Origin: Candidatus Krumholzibacteriota bacterium
GTDB lineage: Bacteria; Krumholzibacteriota; Krumholzibacteriia; JAJRXK01
Reading direction: 5' to 3'
Length of the DNA: 64,000 nucleotides
Assembly: GCA_963764625.1 (NCBI GenBank)
Contig: CAVXTH010000009.1
Span: 384,001-448,000 of the forward strand
The notes below the pieces were generated by a model. That model saw only the letters and a program-made list of their open reading frames with translations. It made no database searches and had not been told where the DNA came from. Shown piece after piece: positions 38,623-51,037 of this stretch. The position numbers were made by a program, and so were the translations under genes. The first letter of the stretch is position 1; each line of letters opens with the position of its first letter.

Positions 38623-39072
38623 TCAAGAATCCACTCCCAGATCCTCGTCGGTCGGCCCCGCCGTGCGGCGATACCGGTTCTTCATGAACTCCACCGCCGG
38701 CGCCATCAGGTGGCGCCAGGCCTTCTCCGTCTCTTCGTCGAAGAATTTGTCGTACTCCTGCGCGGCTTCGATGAGGCACTCGATCCAGATGCTGTAGAAC
38801 TCCGGTCGAATGTCGAGGGCATTGCGGCTGTGGAGCTGCGCGATACGTTCGAAGTGAACGTCCCCTTCGGGGGTCTCGTCCTCCAGGAGCATCGTCATGT
38901 ACAGAGACGACGTGAGCTTACGCTTTTGGATCTTGAAGTCCGTATCCCTGAACTTCGACGCGATCTCAGGCGAGCGTAGGCAGAGCAGCTCGTAGAAGCG
39001 TTCGACGAATCCATCTCCTCCCAGGCAGCGCTCGAGGCTACCGTGGAAGATTTCCATTTCGTGTTCGGTCAT
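38623..39072 (-). CDS. Single-domain globin
   Basis: F..S..RC, FVERFY, F..TDF..Q..L, IAQLHS (proximal His), Y..W...L. Confidence 0.82.
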   Translation of the reverse strand: MTEHEMEIFHGSLERCLGGDGFVERFYELLCLRSPEIASKFRDTDFKIQKRKLTSSLYMTMLLEDETPEGDVHFERIAQLHSRNALDIRPEFYSIWIECLIEAAQEYDKFFDEETEKAWRHLMAPAVEFMKNRYRRTAGPTDEDLGVDS

Positions 39073-39160
39073 GAGGCTGGCCTCATCGGAGATCGTGGGG
39101 GGATTTTAGTTCCGGCAATGATGCCACTTCTCTCTGGCTTAGGTCCAGGTTAAGCTCGCA

Positions 39161-41063
39161 TCAAGAGTCGAGCAGCAAGACGCCGAGAGCAACCGGCAGG
39201 TAAATCAGGGTAACGAAAAAGAAGCGTCTGGCCCAGTTTTCGCGGCGCAAAGGCGAGAACCCTCGCAGCGCGGACCCGACGATCAAGCCTCCCAAGAGCA
39301 CCGCGACCGCGAGATAGACGATTCCGCCTTTGCCCTCTCCACTCAAGCCCATTTTGAGCGCGAGAAGTCGGCTCAGCACCAGGCTGCTCAGAGCCAGGCC
39401 GACGCTGGTCGCGAAAATGTGCCGCAAGCTCACCTGTTCTCCGTAGACCAAGGGGAAGATCTTGAAGCCAGCGGCCGCGTATTCCTCTTTTCGGTACAGT
39501 GAGATGGCAATGAAGTGAGGAATCTGCCACACGAAAAGGAGAGCGAAGAGGGCCATCGCGCCTCCGTCGAACCTTCCGGTGACCGCGGTCCATCCCATGG
39601 CGATGGGAAGGGCGCCGGGGATGGCTCCAAGGTAGACCGCACTCACGCTGCGCGCCTTCATCGGCGTGTACAAGGCGAGGTAGACGAAGAGCGACAGAGC
39701 GGCGAGACCACAGGTCAGCAGATTCGAGACCAGGGCTAGCCCGACCAAGCCGCTCAACGCGAGAACCCAACCCTGGATGAGCGCCACGCGAGGGTGGAGC
39801 CTTCCTGACGGCAGCGGTCGATCCCGGGTTCGGGTCATCTTGGCGTCGGGCTCCTGCTCCTGGTACATGTTCAAGCGTCGTCCCCGCCCCGACCACCAGA
39901 GTCACGAAGAAGATGGTCAGCGCCGCCTGGCCGAGGGGCAGTCCACCCGGAGCCAGCTTCATTCCCGCCGCGGTGGTGAAGATAACCATGAACGCGAGCC
40001 GGGGTTTGGTGAGGACGAACGCATCGAGCAGGCTCTGTCCGAACAGACCTCTTGAGGTCTCGCCCAGAAGCCGGGGGGATCGAAAGGTCGCGTCGAAACC
40101 GTCCAGCTCGGGCACCATGCTCGCTCCCAAATGAAGCCGGTTGGCGAGCAGAGTGCCGAATAGCGCGGTGGCCACCGCGAGATGGAGAGCCACCCAGGTC
40201 GGCTCGAGATGGTGCGCCAAGCTCACCACGCCCAACAGCAGTTGTATCATCACCAGCGTGATGGCCAGGACCGAGAGGACGAGACCAGCGCCGTCGCGCG
40301 CAATCCGAGCTTGAGTTTCCGCGCCGTGTCTCGCGCGGTTCCGCGCGAAACCAAGCGATTTGAGAGCGCTGGTCATGACTACGGCGGCGGTGACCAAGGC
40401 GGAGAGACGATGGATCATGTTCCAGCGGCCAGGGGCGTCGGCGGGCCAGAAGACGTGCGCGGAGGTCGTCGGGTCCACTCCCAGGACCGCGGCGCGCGGG
40501 CCGAGTCCGAGCGCGGCGCCGGCTCCGGTGTGGTGGAGAAATGCCCCCAGGAGCATTTCCACGAAGACGGCGGAGATCGCCAGATCGGCCCACGAATGCA
40601 CGGATGTGGTGCGTGGATCGATGCTTTCGCCCGGCGCGATCCAAGCGGGCCGCGTGCGGAAGCTCATGGAGAGACAGAGGGCGAAGAGCCCCAGTCCCAG
40701 CGCCAGGTGCGCCACGGAGATCATGGTGGGTAGCATCAGGATCACCGCCACCGCGCCGACTCCGGCCTGCAGTAGGACCAGAATCACGGCGGAACGGCTC
40801 AGCTCGCGCAGGCCCCGGTCCACCGGCCTATGGCGCGCGATCGCAATGGTAATTCCCAGGGTATAGAGGGCGAGAATCGCGGCCAAGACGCGGTGAGTCT
40901 GCGCGAGGACGGTTCCCGGCCGGCTCGTGAGGAGCTCCCCGTAACAGAGGGGCCAATCGGGGCAACTCATGGCCGCCCCCAGGATGTGCAGGAGGCCCCC
41001 CACCATGATGAGCGCGAACACCAGCCCCGCAAGCAGAAGGCTTGCACGGTGGATTCGTGTCAT
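39161..41063 (-). CDS. ctaB: Heme A synthase (CtaA)-heme O synthase (CtaB) fusion, with an apparent +1 frameshift at ~39874
   Basis: CPDWPLC and HR motifs (CtaA), then LTKPR, LNMYQE...D..M.RT..RPLPSG, YTP.K, WQIPHF, EY..AG (CtaB). Removing one base at 39873-39874 gives 633 aa. Confidence 0.82.
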
Positions 41064-41073
41064 GTCCGCATTC

Positions 41074-41505
41074 TCAACCACCATGAGAGGGATACCAATG
41101 ATAGAGCATGAAGTAGATGAGCACTCCGGTGACCGAGACATAGAGCCAGATGGGGAAGGTAAAGTGCGCCCACTTCCGATGCCGCTGCCGTCGATCCTTC
41201 AACCCGTGCCTGAGGGTGATGACGATCAAGGGGAGCACCGTGACCGCGAGAATGGTGTGGCTGATGAGGATCGAGAAGTAGAGGATCGCGGGACCCCCGC
41301 TGTAGGCAAATCGCGTAGTGCCGTGAACCGAATGGTAACTCAGGTAGCCGATCAAAAAGAGAAGAGAGGAGGCCAGAGCGCTCAGTATGAGGCGCCGGTG
41401 TAAGTCCTCCTTTCCTCTGCGGATAGCCGCATAGGCGCAGAGGAGCAGAACGGCCGCGCTTCCATTGAAGAAGGCATTGAAAGCTGGAAGCTGATCCAAG
41501 CTCAT
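41074..41505 (-). CDS. DUF420 family membrane protein (oxidase assembly associated)
   Basis: LPAFNA, H..L, FL..YL.YH, ILISH..LA, HRK, IWLYVSVTG..IY.ML. Confidence 0.88.
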   Translation of the reverse strand: MSLDQLPAFNAFFNGSAAVLLLCAYAAIRRGKEDLHRRLILSALASSLLFLIGYLSYHSVHGTTRFAYSGGPAILYFSILISHTILAVTVLPLIVITLRHGLKDRRQRHRKWAHFTFPIWLYVSVTGVLIYFMLYHWYPSHGG

Positions 41506-41702
41506 CGTGAGTTTCCCCCAAGAGAACTCGCGCCATGATAACGCCGGGCGGCTTCGACGGCATCCCGAGTCTAGCCAAAATAACCGAATCATTTAAGCTT
41601 GGGATCTAGCTTTCCGGCACCGAGAGGCGAAGAAGGGGAATCGATGGATGGATTCTCGCCACGCCTCGTTCGCGCCGTTCTCTGTCGAATGAGGTTTCTG
41701 TC

Positions 41703-42362
41703 TTGGAACCAGAACTTCCACCGGAGTCCCCTTCAACCGCACCCTCCACTCTCAAGACTCTGCGCTTCGTACTGACCGTGCTGGTGATCACCGCCGGGCT
41801 TAGCGCGCTGGCTGCGTGGTTCTTTCTGCACTCGTCTCAATCCGGTCCCGAGGTAGTCACCGCCGCGCCTTCCTTCGAGCTGGTGGACGAAACAGGCGCC
41901 AAGTTCTCGGATCAGGATCTGCGCGGGCAGGCCTATGTCGTGCAATTCTTCTTCACTTCCTGCACCACGGTCTGTCCCCGCATCACCGATTGGATGACGC
42001 AAATTCAAGACAGGACCAAGTCTCTGGGCGATCGCATTCGTCTGGTGTCGATTTCTGTCGACCCTCGCCACGACACGCCGGAAAAGCTGAGAACCTACGC
42101 GAAGGGTTATGGCGCCATCCCCGGACACTGGAAGTTTCTCACCGGCGATCTGGACGCGGTAGAGCATGTGGTGGTGGACGGTTTTTTCCAGGTGATGGAA
42201 CGAGAACCCAACCAGAAGACAGGACTGTTTACCATCGCTCACAGCGAGCGGCTCATCCTGGTGGACCAGAAGAACCGGGTCCGTGGTTACTACGAAACGA
42301 ACGAAGAGGGTATCGACAAGCTCATTCGCGACCTGGATGCGGTGGTCAAAGAGCAATCATGA
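41703..42362 (+). CDS. SCO1/SenC family copper chaperone
   Basis: N-terminal TM; FFTSCTTVCP, ISVDP..DTP, HS...ILVD. Confidence 0.9.
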   Translation: MEPELPPESPSTAPSTLKTLRFVLTVLVITAGLSALAAWFFLHSSQSGPEVVTAAPSFELVDETGAKFSDQDLRGQAYVVQFFFTSCTTVCPRITDWMTQIQDRTKSLGDRIRLVSISVDPRHDTPEKLRTYAKGYGAIPGHWKFLTGDLDAVEHVVVDGFFQVMEREPNQKTGLFTIAHSERLILVDQKNRVRGYYETNEEGIDKLIRDLDAVVKEQS

Positions 42363-42502
42363 GCCTTTTCCTGCTGGCGGCGTCCGGCCGCTCTGAATTT
42401 CGTGTTCCGGTGAGGGGGGAGATTCGTACTTGCTCTCCGCCCCGGCGATTCCCCATCTTGTCGGCGATCTGAAGGCATCTCAAACTCCATCGGAGGGATC
42501 TC

Positions 42503-43963
42503 ATGTCGTTCGCTCGCGCCTTTGGCCGAATTCTCACGGGAGCGGTCACTCTCTTGCTCGCCTTCGCCTCCCTCGCGCAGGCCCAATCGAACTGGGCGAT
42601 CGCAAGAAGGGATGACGCGAACCTTCGCAAGCTCATCGAGACGCTGACCCCGTACACCAAGACGGTGCCGGGGGCGGACGGGGCGGCTGCCATCATCCTG
42701 TACAAGCAGCATTTCTTCCAGATGGAGGAAAACGGATATCGGGTGTGCGCCAATCTGGTGTACCAGGTGGAAGATCCGAGCAAACTCGACTCCGAGCTCT
42801 CTAAGCCCTACTTCGGTCCTGGCGACGAGTATCCCGAGCGTTCCGCCTTCATCCTGCGCAAGGACGCCATTCAGCGCTTTGATGAGAAGAAGATCGATCT
42901 GATCAAGGGCGATGGCGAGATGAGCCGCGACCAGGTCGAGATCCGCTGGGGGAATCTGGAGAAGGGGGACATCGTGGGGTGGTCCGTGGTCGAGGTGCAT
43001 AAGGGCCCCCTCTTCGGCTGGATATCCGCCGCCACCGATCGCTATCCCGTGATCTACGCTAGCCTGAGAATTCTCAATGACGGAAGTTCCGATTTCGTGG
43101 TCGGAAGCCACGGGATCGAGGCGGCGAACTTCACTCTGAAGACGAATGGGCTGGCCAACGATCGCACCAAGGAGTGGCGGGCCAACGTGAAGGATCTCGC
43201 GCCCATTCCTTCGCTGGCCGCAACCGGTCCCTATCCGATCGATACACCGGTCTTCACCATCGCTCTCAAGGCGCGCCACATCGATCGACCGAACTTCTAT
43301 ACCGGCTGGGTCCCCATGAACGGCTGGGTGACCATGGCGGGCCTTCTCGTGGCGGCGAAAGACAAGATGCTGGAGGAGACCGGAGGCGTGGATATCAGCG
43401 CGTCTGCTCTGACTTCCGGATTGACCGACGAGGTGGCCAAGGAGAAGGCGATCTGCGAATTCGTGCGCGACAAGATCGCCGACGTCAAAGAAGACCGCTA
43501 TGAGCGGGGAACTCTACGCAGCGTCAAGAAGGTCCTCGCGAGCAAGGAAGGCACGCCCCTGGAGAAGGTGGCGGTCATGATCGCCATGCTCGATGCGGTG
43601 GGGATCAAGTCCCAGATCGCTCTCGCCCGGCCGGAGAAGTGGGGCAGTCTGAAAGACGAGACCGATAACAGCTTCACTTCGTTCCTGGCTCGGGTCGTGC
43701 GCTGCGGTAGCAAGGAAGGCCGGTACTACGTGCCGCAATACGACGACTGCGCCGCTGGCACCATTCCCGCCGAATGGGGCAATGCAGTGATGTTCTATCC
43801 CAAGTCGGGTCTGTCGCAAGAGCTCGAGGCCTACAAGAAGAAGCTCGGCTCGGACGCCTTCGCGAATGCAGGGAGGCTGAATCTATTGAAGATTTCTCTT
43901 GAGGCTGAGAAGCACGGCGAGAAGGAAGGCTGGTACCACTTCGAGACCTACAAGGCGAAGTAG
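42503..43963 (+). CDS. Exported DUF3857/transglutaminase-like protein
   Basis: Signal peptide; PGADGAAAIIL, L.KGDI; KAICEFVRDKI...VL....GTPLEK...M.AML...GI. Confidence 0.6.
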   Translation: MSFARAFGRILTGAVTLLLAFASLAQAQSNWAIARRDDANLRKLIETLTPYTKTVPGADGAAAIILYKQHFFQMEENGYRVCANLVYQVEDPSKLDSELSKPYFGPGDEYPERSAFILRKDAIQRFDEKKIDLIKGDGEMSRDQVEIRWGNLEKGDIVGWSVVEVHKGPLFGWISAATDRYPVIYASLRILNDGSSDFVVGSHGIEAANFTLKTNGLANDRTKEWRANVKDLAPIPSLAATGPYPIDTPVFTIALKARHIDRPNFYTGWVPMNGWVTMAGLLVAAKDKMLEETGGVDISASALTSGLTDEVAKEKAICEFVRDKIADVKEDRYERGTLRSVKKVLASKEGTPLEKVAVMIAMLDAVGIKSQIALARPEKWGSLKDETDNSFTSFLARVVRCGSKEGRYYVPQYDDCAAGTIPAEWGNAVMFYPKSGLSQELEAYKKKLGSDAFANAGRLNLLKISLEAEKHGEKEGWYHFETYKAK

Positions 43964-43992
43964 CAAGGCGGGCTAGAGGAACGAGCGCTTCT

Positions 43993-44718
43993 TCACCGTT
44001 CCTTGGGATCGAGCAGATCATGCAGGAGCTGACCGTAGATGGTCAGCTCCTGCGCTTTTTCAGCCCCTTCGAGTACGCACGCCGATTCGCAGGCTTCGGT
44101 GATGCGTTCGGCCGGGGACACCGTCAACTCCATGGCGCGCAAGGCCCGGAGAGTTTCGGCGTGATGTGCTCGGAGCTCCTCGGGTGGCGCCCCGCTCGCA
44201 ATCAGGTCCTTGTAAGCACGATATAGTTGCGCGCGGCGGAGGAAGTGCTCGCGCGCCTTCACGTTTTCCACCCGGGCTTCCGTGGTCAAGGGTAGAAAGG
44301 GAAAGGCGTTGCGGAGGGCGGCCGTGAACAGGCCATCGACCAAGGCTCTGACCTCGCCATTCTGCAAGAGTTCCGCGTCGAGGAGTCCGCAACTCGGGGA
44401 GCGACTCTTCAAGACGAAGCCATCCAGATCGTCGACTCCCAATTCGGTTAGGCGATGACCCGCCCAGCGGTGCAGGTCGCAGGTATGGTCGATGCGGCTC
44501 TCCACCCCTCGCATTCGCGGTGCTATTTCGGCGTCTTCCAGTTGCACCGCTTCGCGCGGCACCCCCATCCCGACTTCGACCTCGGGACAGACCCCGATCC
44601 ACGCGATCCGCGCTTCGCGTGGCCACCAGGCGCGAATGCTCTCCCTCGCGGCGCCGTCGTAGCGCACCGCTTCTCCCAGAAGGCAGCGGCTTACTCCGAG
44701 CCGCAGCGGCCGACTCAT
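43993..44718 (-). CDS. DUF523 (2-thiouracil desulfurase-like) family protein
   Basis: GVSRCLLG..VRYDG, VCPEV..GMGVPR, LKSRSPSCG, GLF. Confidence 0.88.
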   Translation of the reverse strand: MSRPLRLGVSRCLLGEAVRYDGAARESIRAWWPREARIAWIGVCPEVEVGMGVPREAVQLEDAEIAPRMRGVESRIDHTCDLHRWAGHRLTELGVDDLDGFVLKSRSPSCGLLDAELLQNGEVRALVDGLFTAALRNAFPFLPLTTEARVENVKAREHFLRRAQLYRAYKDLIASGAPPEELRAHHAETLRALRAMELTVSPAERITEACESACVLEGAEKAQELTIYGQLLHDLLDPKER

Positions 44719-44731
44719 GTCCAAAAACACA

Positions 44732-47002
44732 CTATCCTTCTTGCTCTTGCCGTCGGATGAGGTTCAGCGCGGATCCGGCCCTGAACCACTCAACCTGCTC
44801 TGAAGTCAAGGTGTGCAGAGCCTGGAAGCGATCCTCCTGACCGTTCTCGTGCTTCAGCACCACCATCACCTCGCTCCCGGGCGCCAGATCGCCCAAGGAG
44901 AGAATGCTCACGCGATCATCTTCCTGAACCTTGTCGTAGTCCGCCGGGTCCTTGAAGGTGAGCGGCAGGACTCCCTGCTTTTTCAGATTCGTCTCGTGAA
45001 TCCGGGCGAAGGAGCGCACGAGGACCGCTTGGGCTCCCAGATACCGGGGCTCCATGGCCGCGTGTTCGCGGGAGCTGCCCTCGCCGTAGTTGTCGTCGCC
45101 GACCGCGATCCAGCCCTTGCCCGCCGCTTTGTAGGCGCGGGCGATCTTGGAGAAGCCGTCGATCGAACCATCGAGTTGATTCTTGCCGCGGCCCACTTCA
45201 TCGCGGAACGAATTGACTGCCCCGATGAACATGTTGTCGGAGATCTTGTCGAGGTGACCGCGAAAACTCAGCCAGGGGCCGGCCGGAGAGATGTGATCGG
45301 TGGTGCACTTCCCTTTGGCTTTCACGAGCACCAGGAGGCCGTCGAAATCCTTGCCATCCCATGCGTCGAAGGGAGTGAGAAACTGCAGGCGCCCGCTCTC
45401 GGGCGAGATCTTCACCTCGACGTCCTGTCCATCTTCGCTCACCGGGATGAAGTAACTCGTGTCGCCCTGGTCGAAGCCGCCACTGGGCAGCTCGCTTCCC
45501 TGGGGGGCCTCCAGCTTGAACTCGCTGCCGTCCGCCGCTTTCAGTGAGTCGCGGAGGGGATTGAAGTCGAGCCGGCCGGCCAGGGCGATGGCGGTCACGA
45601 TTTCCGGGCTGCCGATGAAGGCCATAGTGGAGGCGTTGCCGTCGTTGCGTTTGCGGAAATTACGGTTATAGGAGGTGATGATGGAGTTTTTCTCGCCCTC
45701 GGTGACCCCCTCCCGTTGCCACTGGCCGATGCAGGGACCGCAGGCGTTGGCCAGCACGACTCCCCCCATCTTCTCCAGCTCCGCGAGTTGGCCGTCGCGT
45801 TCGATGGTGGCGCGAACCTGCTCGCTTCCCGGCGTGACCATGAACTTGGTCTTCGCCTTGATTCCCTTCGCTGCCGCCTGACGGGCGATGTGGGCCGAGC
45901 GATCGATGTCTTCGTAGCTCGAGTTCGTGCACGATCCGATGAGCGCAGCCGAGAGCTCCAGGGGATAACCGTTTTCGCGCGCATCCTGGCCCATGCGAGA
46001 GATCGGATGCAGAAGATCGGGAGTATGCGGCCCCACCAGCTGCGGCTCGAGCTCGTTGAGATCGATCTCGACGATTTCGTCGTAGTACTGATCCGGGTTC
46101 TGGGCCACTTCAGGATCGGCGACCAGCTCTTGTCGGCGCTTTAGCGCCATCTCGGCCACCTGGCCCCGGCGGGTGGTCTTCAGGTAGGTCGCCATTCGTT
46201 CGTCGAAGGGGAAGAGGCTGGTGGTGGAGCCTAGTTCGGCGCCCATGTTGCAGATCGTGGCCTTCCCGGTGCACGAGATGCTCTCGGTGCCCTCCCCGAA
46301 ATACTCGACGATCTTTCCGGTCCCGCCCTTCACGGTCAGCAGGCCGGCCAGCTTCAGAATGATGTCCTTGGGGGCGGTCCACCCGCTCAGCTTGCCGACG
46401 AGCTTCACGCCGATCAGCCGCGGCCACAAGACCTGCCAGGGCATGCCCACCATGGCATCGACTGCATCCGCACCGCCCACTCCGACCGCCACCATGCCCA
46501 GACCCCCCGCGTTCGGGGTGTGGCTGTCGGTTCCGATCATGAGAAGACCGGGAGCGGCATAATTTTCCAGTACCACCTGATGGATGATCCCCGCGCCGGG
46601 CTTCCAGAAGCCGATTCCGTATTTCTTCGAGGCGCTGCTGAGGAAGCGATAGACCTCGCCGTTCTCGTCGTTGGCGACGGCGAGGTCCTTCTCGGCTCCT
46701 ACGCGCGCGCGGATCAGGTGGTCGCAGTGAACCGTGGTGGGAGTCGCCACCCTCGGCCTACCCGCCGCGATGAACTGGAGAAGGGCCATCTGAGCGGTAG
46801 CATCCTGCATTGCGACCCGATCGGGCGTGAGGTCGACCACGCTCTTGCCGCGAGTAGGGGCTTGGTCCTTGTCGTTCAGGTGGGCGAAGAGGATTTTCTC
46901 CGCCAACGTGAGCGGATGTCCCAGAACCTCGCGTCCCTTCGCGTGGTGGGAAGCCAGATCCTCATAGGCGGTGCGGATGGCATTCAACCAGTTCTTGTCC
47001 AT
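44732..47002 (-). CDS. Aconitate hydratase (mitochondrial-type subfamily)
   Basis: [75 protein letters not shown]. Confidence 0.95.
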   Translation of the reverse strand: MDKNWLNAIRTAYEDLASHHAKGREVLGHPLTLAEKILFAHLNDKDQAPTRGKSVVDLTPDRVAMQDATAQMALLQFIAAGRPRVATPTTVHCDHLIRARVGAEKDLAVANDENGEVYRFLSSASKKYGIGFWKPGAGIIHQVVLENYAAPGLLMIGTDSHTPNAGGLGMVAVGVGGADAVDAMVGMPWQVLWPRLIGVKLVGKLSGWTAPKDIILKLAGLLTVKGGTGKIVEYFGEGTESISCTGKATICNMGAELGSTTSLFPFDERMATYLKTTRRGQVAEMALKRRQELVADPEVAQNPDQYYDEIVEIDLNELEPQLVGPHTPDLLHPISRMGQDARENGYPLELSAALIGSCTNSSYEDIDRSAHIARQAAAKGIKAKTKFMVTPGSEQVRATIERDGQLAELEKMGGVVLANACGPCIGQWQREGVTEGEKNSIITSYNRNFRKRNDGNASTMAFIGSPEIVTAIALAGRLDFNPLRDSLKAADGSEFKLEAPQGSELPSGGFDQGDTSYFIPVSEDGQDVEVKISPESGRLQFLTPFDAWDGKDFDGLLVLVKAKGKCTTDHISPAGPWLSFRGHLDKISDNMFIGAVNSFRDEVGRGKNQLDGSIDGFSKIARAYKAAGKGWIAVGDDNYGEGSSREHAAMEPRYLGAQAVLVRSFARIHETNLKKQGVLPLTFKDPADYDKVQEDDRVSILSLGDLAPGSEVMVVLKHENGQEDRFQALHTLTSEQVEWFRAGSALNLIRRQEQEG

Positions 47003-47185
47003 TGCGAATCCCCTTCGATGTGACGGGCTCGGGCCCCAGTTGGTGGGTGGTGACCGCGCGAGGCCACGGGCGAAAATATAGAGCTTCAAACGCGATCGTC
47101 CAGCCGCGCTGGCCAGAGAGACCACGAGTAGGTAGACTTCTTTGACCAAAATGAACGCGTGAACCGCCCAGTTACGGGGGACGCC

Positions 47186-48462
<1,277 letters not shown>

Positions 48463-48466
<4 letters not shown>

Positions 48467-48726
48467 GTCGCGGCGCCCTGGATACCCTGCGCGCCAAACT
48501 GGCCGTCTTCGAGACCTGGCCCGGGCCGTATCTCTTCAAGTTCATTGCTCCACGCGAGAAACTCGACGAGTTGAAAGAGCTGTTCGATGATCAGAGCTAC
48601 ACCCTGCGGCCTTCCCGCACCGGGAAGTACACGAGTCTCAGTTGTAAGAAGATGATGGAATCGAGCGACGCGGTGATCGAGGTCTACGAGAGGGCGCTGG
48701 CGATCGAAGGCGTGATGGCTCTCTGA
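48463..48726 (+). CDS. DUF493 (YbeD-like) small protein
   Basis: ATGA overlap with egtB; WP..YLFKFI, S.TGKYTS, VI.VY......GV.AL. Confidence 0.8.
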
Positions 48727-48778
48727 GACATCGTGCGCCCGAACGAACGGCTCCGCCGCCCAAGCGCTTCGGGAGGGT

Positions 48779-50137
48779 TCAGTTCGCACTCTCACCTTGG
48801 CGAAGGGTCGAGGGAACGAAGATCGCCAGACTCACCACTCGGGCGAGCATGAAAGTACTCAAAGCTAGCCAGAGCAGTTGAATGTTCTGCGCGCGGTGCG
48901 CGAACCACGCGAGCGGGGCGAACCCCACGAGCGCGGATAACACCATGGCGGTGCGCAAGATTCGCCCTCTCACCAAACCGATGAAGTAGCCGTCGAGCGC
49001 GTAGGCGATCGAGCCCACTCCCAATACGGGGAGAAGCCACGATTTCATCGCATTGACTTGAGAAAGTACCTCGCCGTGGTCGGTGAGCAAGCGAAAGAGC
49101 ACTGGAAAGAGTATGAATCCCGCCGCGAACAAGAGCCCGGTCACCGCGCTCCACAGGGCCGACATGGAAAGTAGTCGCCGAAGCCGGCGACGGTCCGCGC
49201 CGCCCTCGAAGATGCCGGCCAGGCTCTCCGTCGCGAAGGCATACCCGTCGATGAAGAACGCGGCCAGCGTCACGACCTGCTTGACTACGGCAGTGGCGGC
49301 CAAGACGACGGCTCCCATGGCGGAGGCGATGTTGGTGAAGAGGGCAAAGACGCTGATGAGGGCCAGCGTGCGCACCAGAATGTCGTTGTTGAGTGAGAAG
49401 GTGGCGCGCAATCCTTCCATGGAAAGACAGAGTGGAATCACGCGTCGGATCCTGTGGAGGGGCAGGTCTTTGAGCGCGAAGACCAGCGCGCTGATCAGCA
49501 TGAGGTATTGCGCGATGGCGCTCGCGGCGCCCACGCCGCCGGCGCTCATGTGCAGGTGGGCGACAAAATAGAAATCGAGAATCACGTTGGAGAGGTTGCC
49601 CACGATGGACATGATCAAGACGCGTCTGGCTTGCTCACGTCCCAAGAACCAGCCCAGGAGGACGAAGTTGACAAGAACCGCGGGCGCTCCCCAGATTCGG
49701 GCCGCGAAGTAGGAAAGGCCGGCCGCCTTCACCCCCGCGTCTCCTTGCAACACCCAGAATCCGAAGAGCGAGAGAGGTTTCTGCAGGGCCAGGATGAGAA
49801 AGCCCAAGCCCAGCGCCAGGGCAATTCCCCGCAATGCGACTGCCGCGACTTCGTCCGCGTTTTCTCGCCCGACCGCTTGCGCGGTCATTCCCGTGGTGCC
49901 CATGCGTAGAAAGCCGAAGGTCCAGTAGACGTAGTCGAAGAGAACTGCGCCGAGGGCGACTCCGGCCAGGAAGCGGATCTGCCCCAGGTGGCCCAGGAGG
50001 GCCATGTCGACCAGGCCGGCCAAGGGCACCATCAAATTGGAGAGAATATTCAGCGAGGCCAGGCGCCAGAAGCGCCGTGACAGAGACCTGGCGTGCCTGC
50101 CCTCCGCTTGCCCGAGCGGGGCTTCAGCGATCGTCAT
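48779..50137 (-). CDS. MATE family transporter (DinF-like)
   Basis: ILSNL.VPLAGLVD.A.LGHL, FGFLRMGTTG..AQA.G, DG.A.A.E, DG.FIG. Confidence 0.92.
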   Translation of the reverse strand: MTIAEAPLGQAEGRHARSLSRRFWRLASLNILSNLMVPLAGLVDMALLGHLGQIRFLAGVALGAVLFDYVYWTFGFLRMGTTGMTAQAVGRENADEVAAVALRGIALALGLGFLILALQKPLSLFGFWVLQGDAGVKAAGLSYFAARIWGAPAVLVNFVLLGWFLGREQARRVLIMSIVGNLSNVILDFYFVAHLHMSAGGVGAASAIAQYLMLISALVFALKDLPLHRIRRVIPLCLSMEGLRATFSLNNDILVRTLALISVFALFTNIASAMGAVVLAATAVVKQVVTLAAFFIDGYAFATESLAGIFEGGADRRRLRRLLSMSALWSAVTGLLFAAGFILFPVLFRLLTDHGEVLSQVNAMKSWLLPVLGVGSIAYALDGYFIGLVRGRILRTAMVLSALVGFAPLAWFAHRAQNIQLLWLALSTFMLARVVSLAIFVPSTLRQGESAN

Positions 50138-51005
50138 TCCCGCCGATCTCGACCTTCACTCCGCGGTCGTGTTGGCCCGCGATCGTGGCAAGTTCCAGGT
50201 TCCACGCGCCGAGACAAGTGGGTAGAGTCGCCTGTAAACGAGCGCGGTAGGGCTCGATGCTCTCTTTCAGCGAGGCGGGTAGATCTCCTTCGAAGGGAAC
50301 ACGATCGTCTCCGATGCGTCCGTGCTCGAGCGCATCCTCCAGCGCTTTCATCCACTCCTGTTCATTGTCGCTGAGGGACTCGCGCCCCCGCAGATCGCGG
50401 AGCGCGTTCTCCAGTTGTCGCCGGTAGATTTGTCCGAAGCTTGCTCGAGTTCGGCCAGGTTTGACGAAATTGGAAGTGGAGTCGGGTTCGTCGCCTCCGG
50501 CTCGGCAGCGGGGGGGCGACCACTGTAGATCGCACACGGCTCCCACCACGGTGAGATAGAGGTACTCTCCCGGCGACATTTCGTTCACGAGCAGCAGCGA
50601 GTCCCGGGCGCTGAGATACATCATGGTGACGCGCGCGACGCCCACGCCACTCTTGGCCATGCGGAGACCTTGCTTCAGTTTATTTAGGCCTTTCGCGTCG
50701 TGGATTTCTTTCTCCTGCTGAGAGACCTCCTCGAGCGCATCGACGAAACGACGGGTATCCACGGGTTGGCTCTCGCGAATGTTCAGATAGAGCTCCATCC
50801 GGTCGGGAGCAATGCGGCCGTTCAGCGGCGGAGTGTACTCGTCGAGCTTGCCGTAGCGCGTCACCAGCTGCTCCTCCTGCTTGTGCAACGCGTTCATCTC
50901 CGGTAGTTGATTCTTCAGCGAGCGAACGAAGATCCAGGAGGAGACGATCGAGATGAGCAAGATGGCGCCCACCACGATTCCACACCCGATCATGAACTTC
51001 TTCAT
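50124..51005 (-). CDS. Hypothetical protein with single N-terminal membrane anchor
   Basis: MKKFMIGCGIVVGAILLI anchor followed by a helical soluble domain; GAGG RBS; overlaps the MATE start. Confidence 0.65.
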   Translation of the reverse strand: MKKFMIGCGIVVGAILLISIVSSWIFVRSLKNQLPEMNALHKQEEQLVTRYGKLDEYTPPLNGRIAPDRMELYLNIRESQPVDTRRFVDALEEVSQQEKEIHDAKGLNKLKQGLRMAKSGVGVARVTMMYLSARDSLLLVNEMSPGEYLYLTVVGAVCDLQWSPPRCRAGGDEPDSTSNFVKPGRTRASFGQIYRRQLENALRDLRGRESLSDNEQEWMKALEDALEHGRIGDDRVPFEGDLPASLKESIEPYRARLQATLPTCLGAWNLELATIAGQHDRGVKVEIGGNDDR

Positions 51006-51037
51006 GGAAACACCTCGGAGTTGAGTCTCACTCTGCG

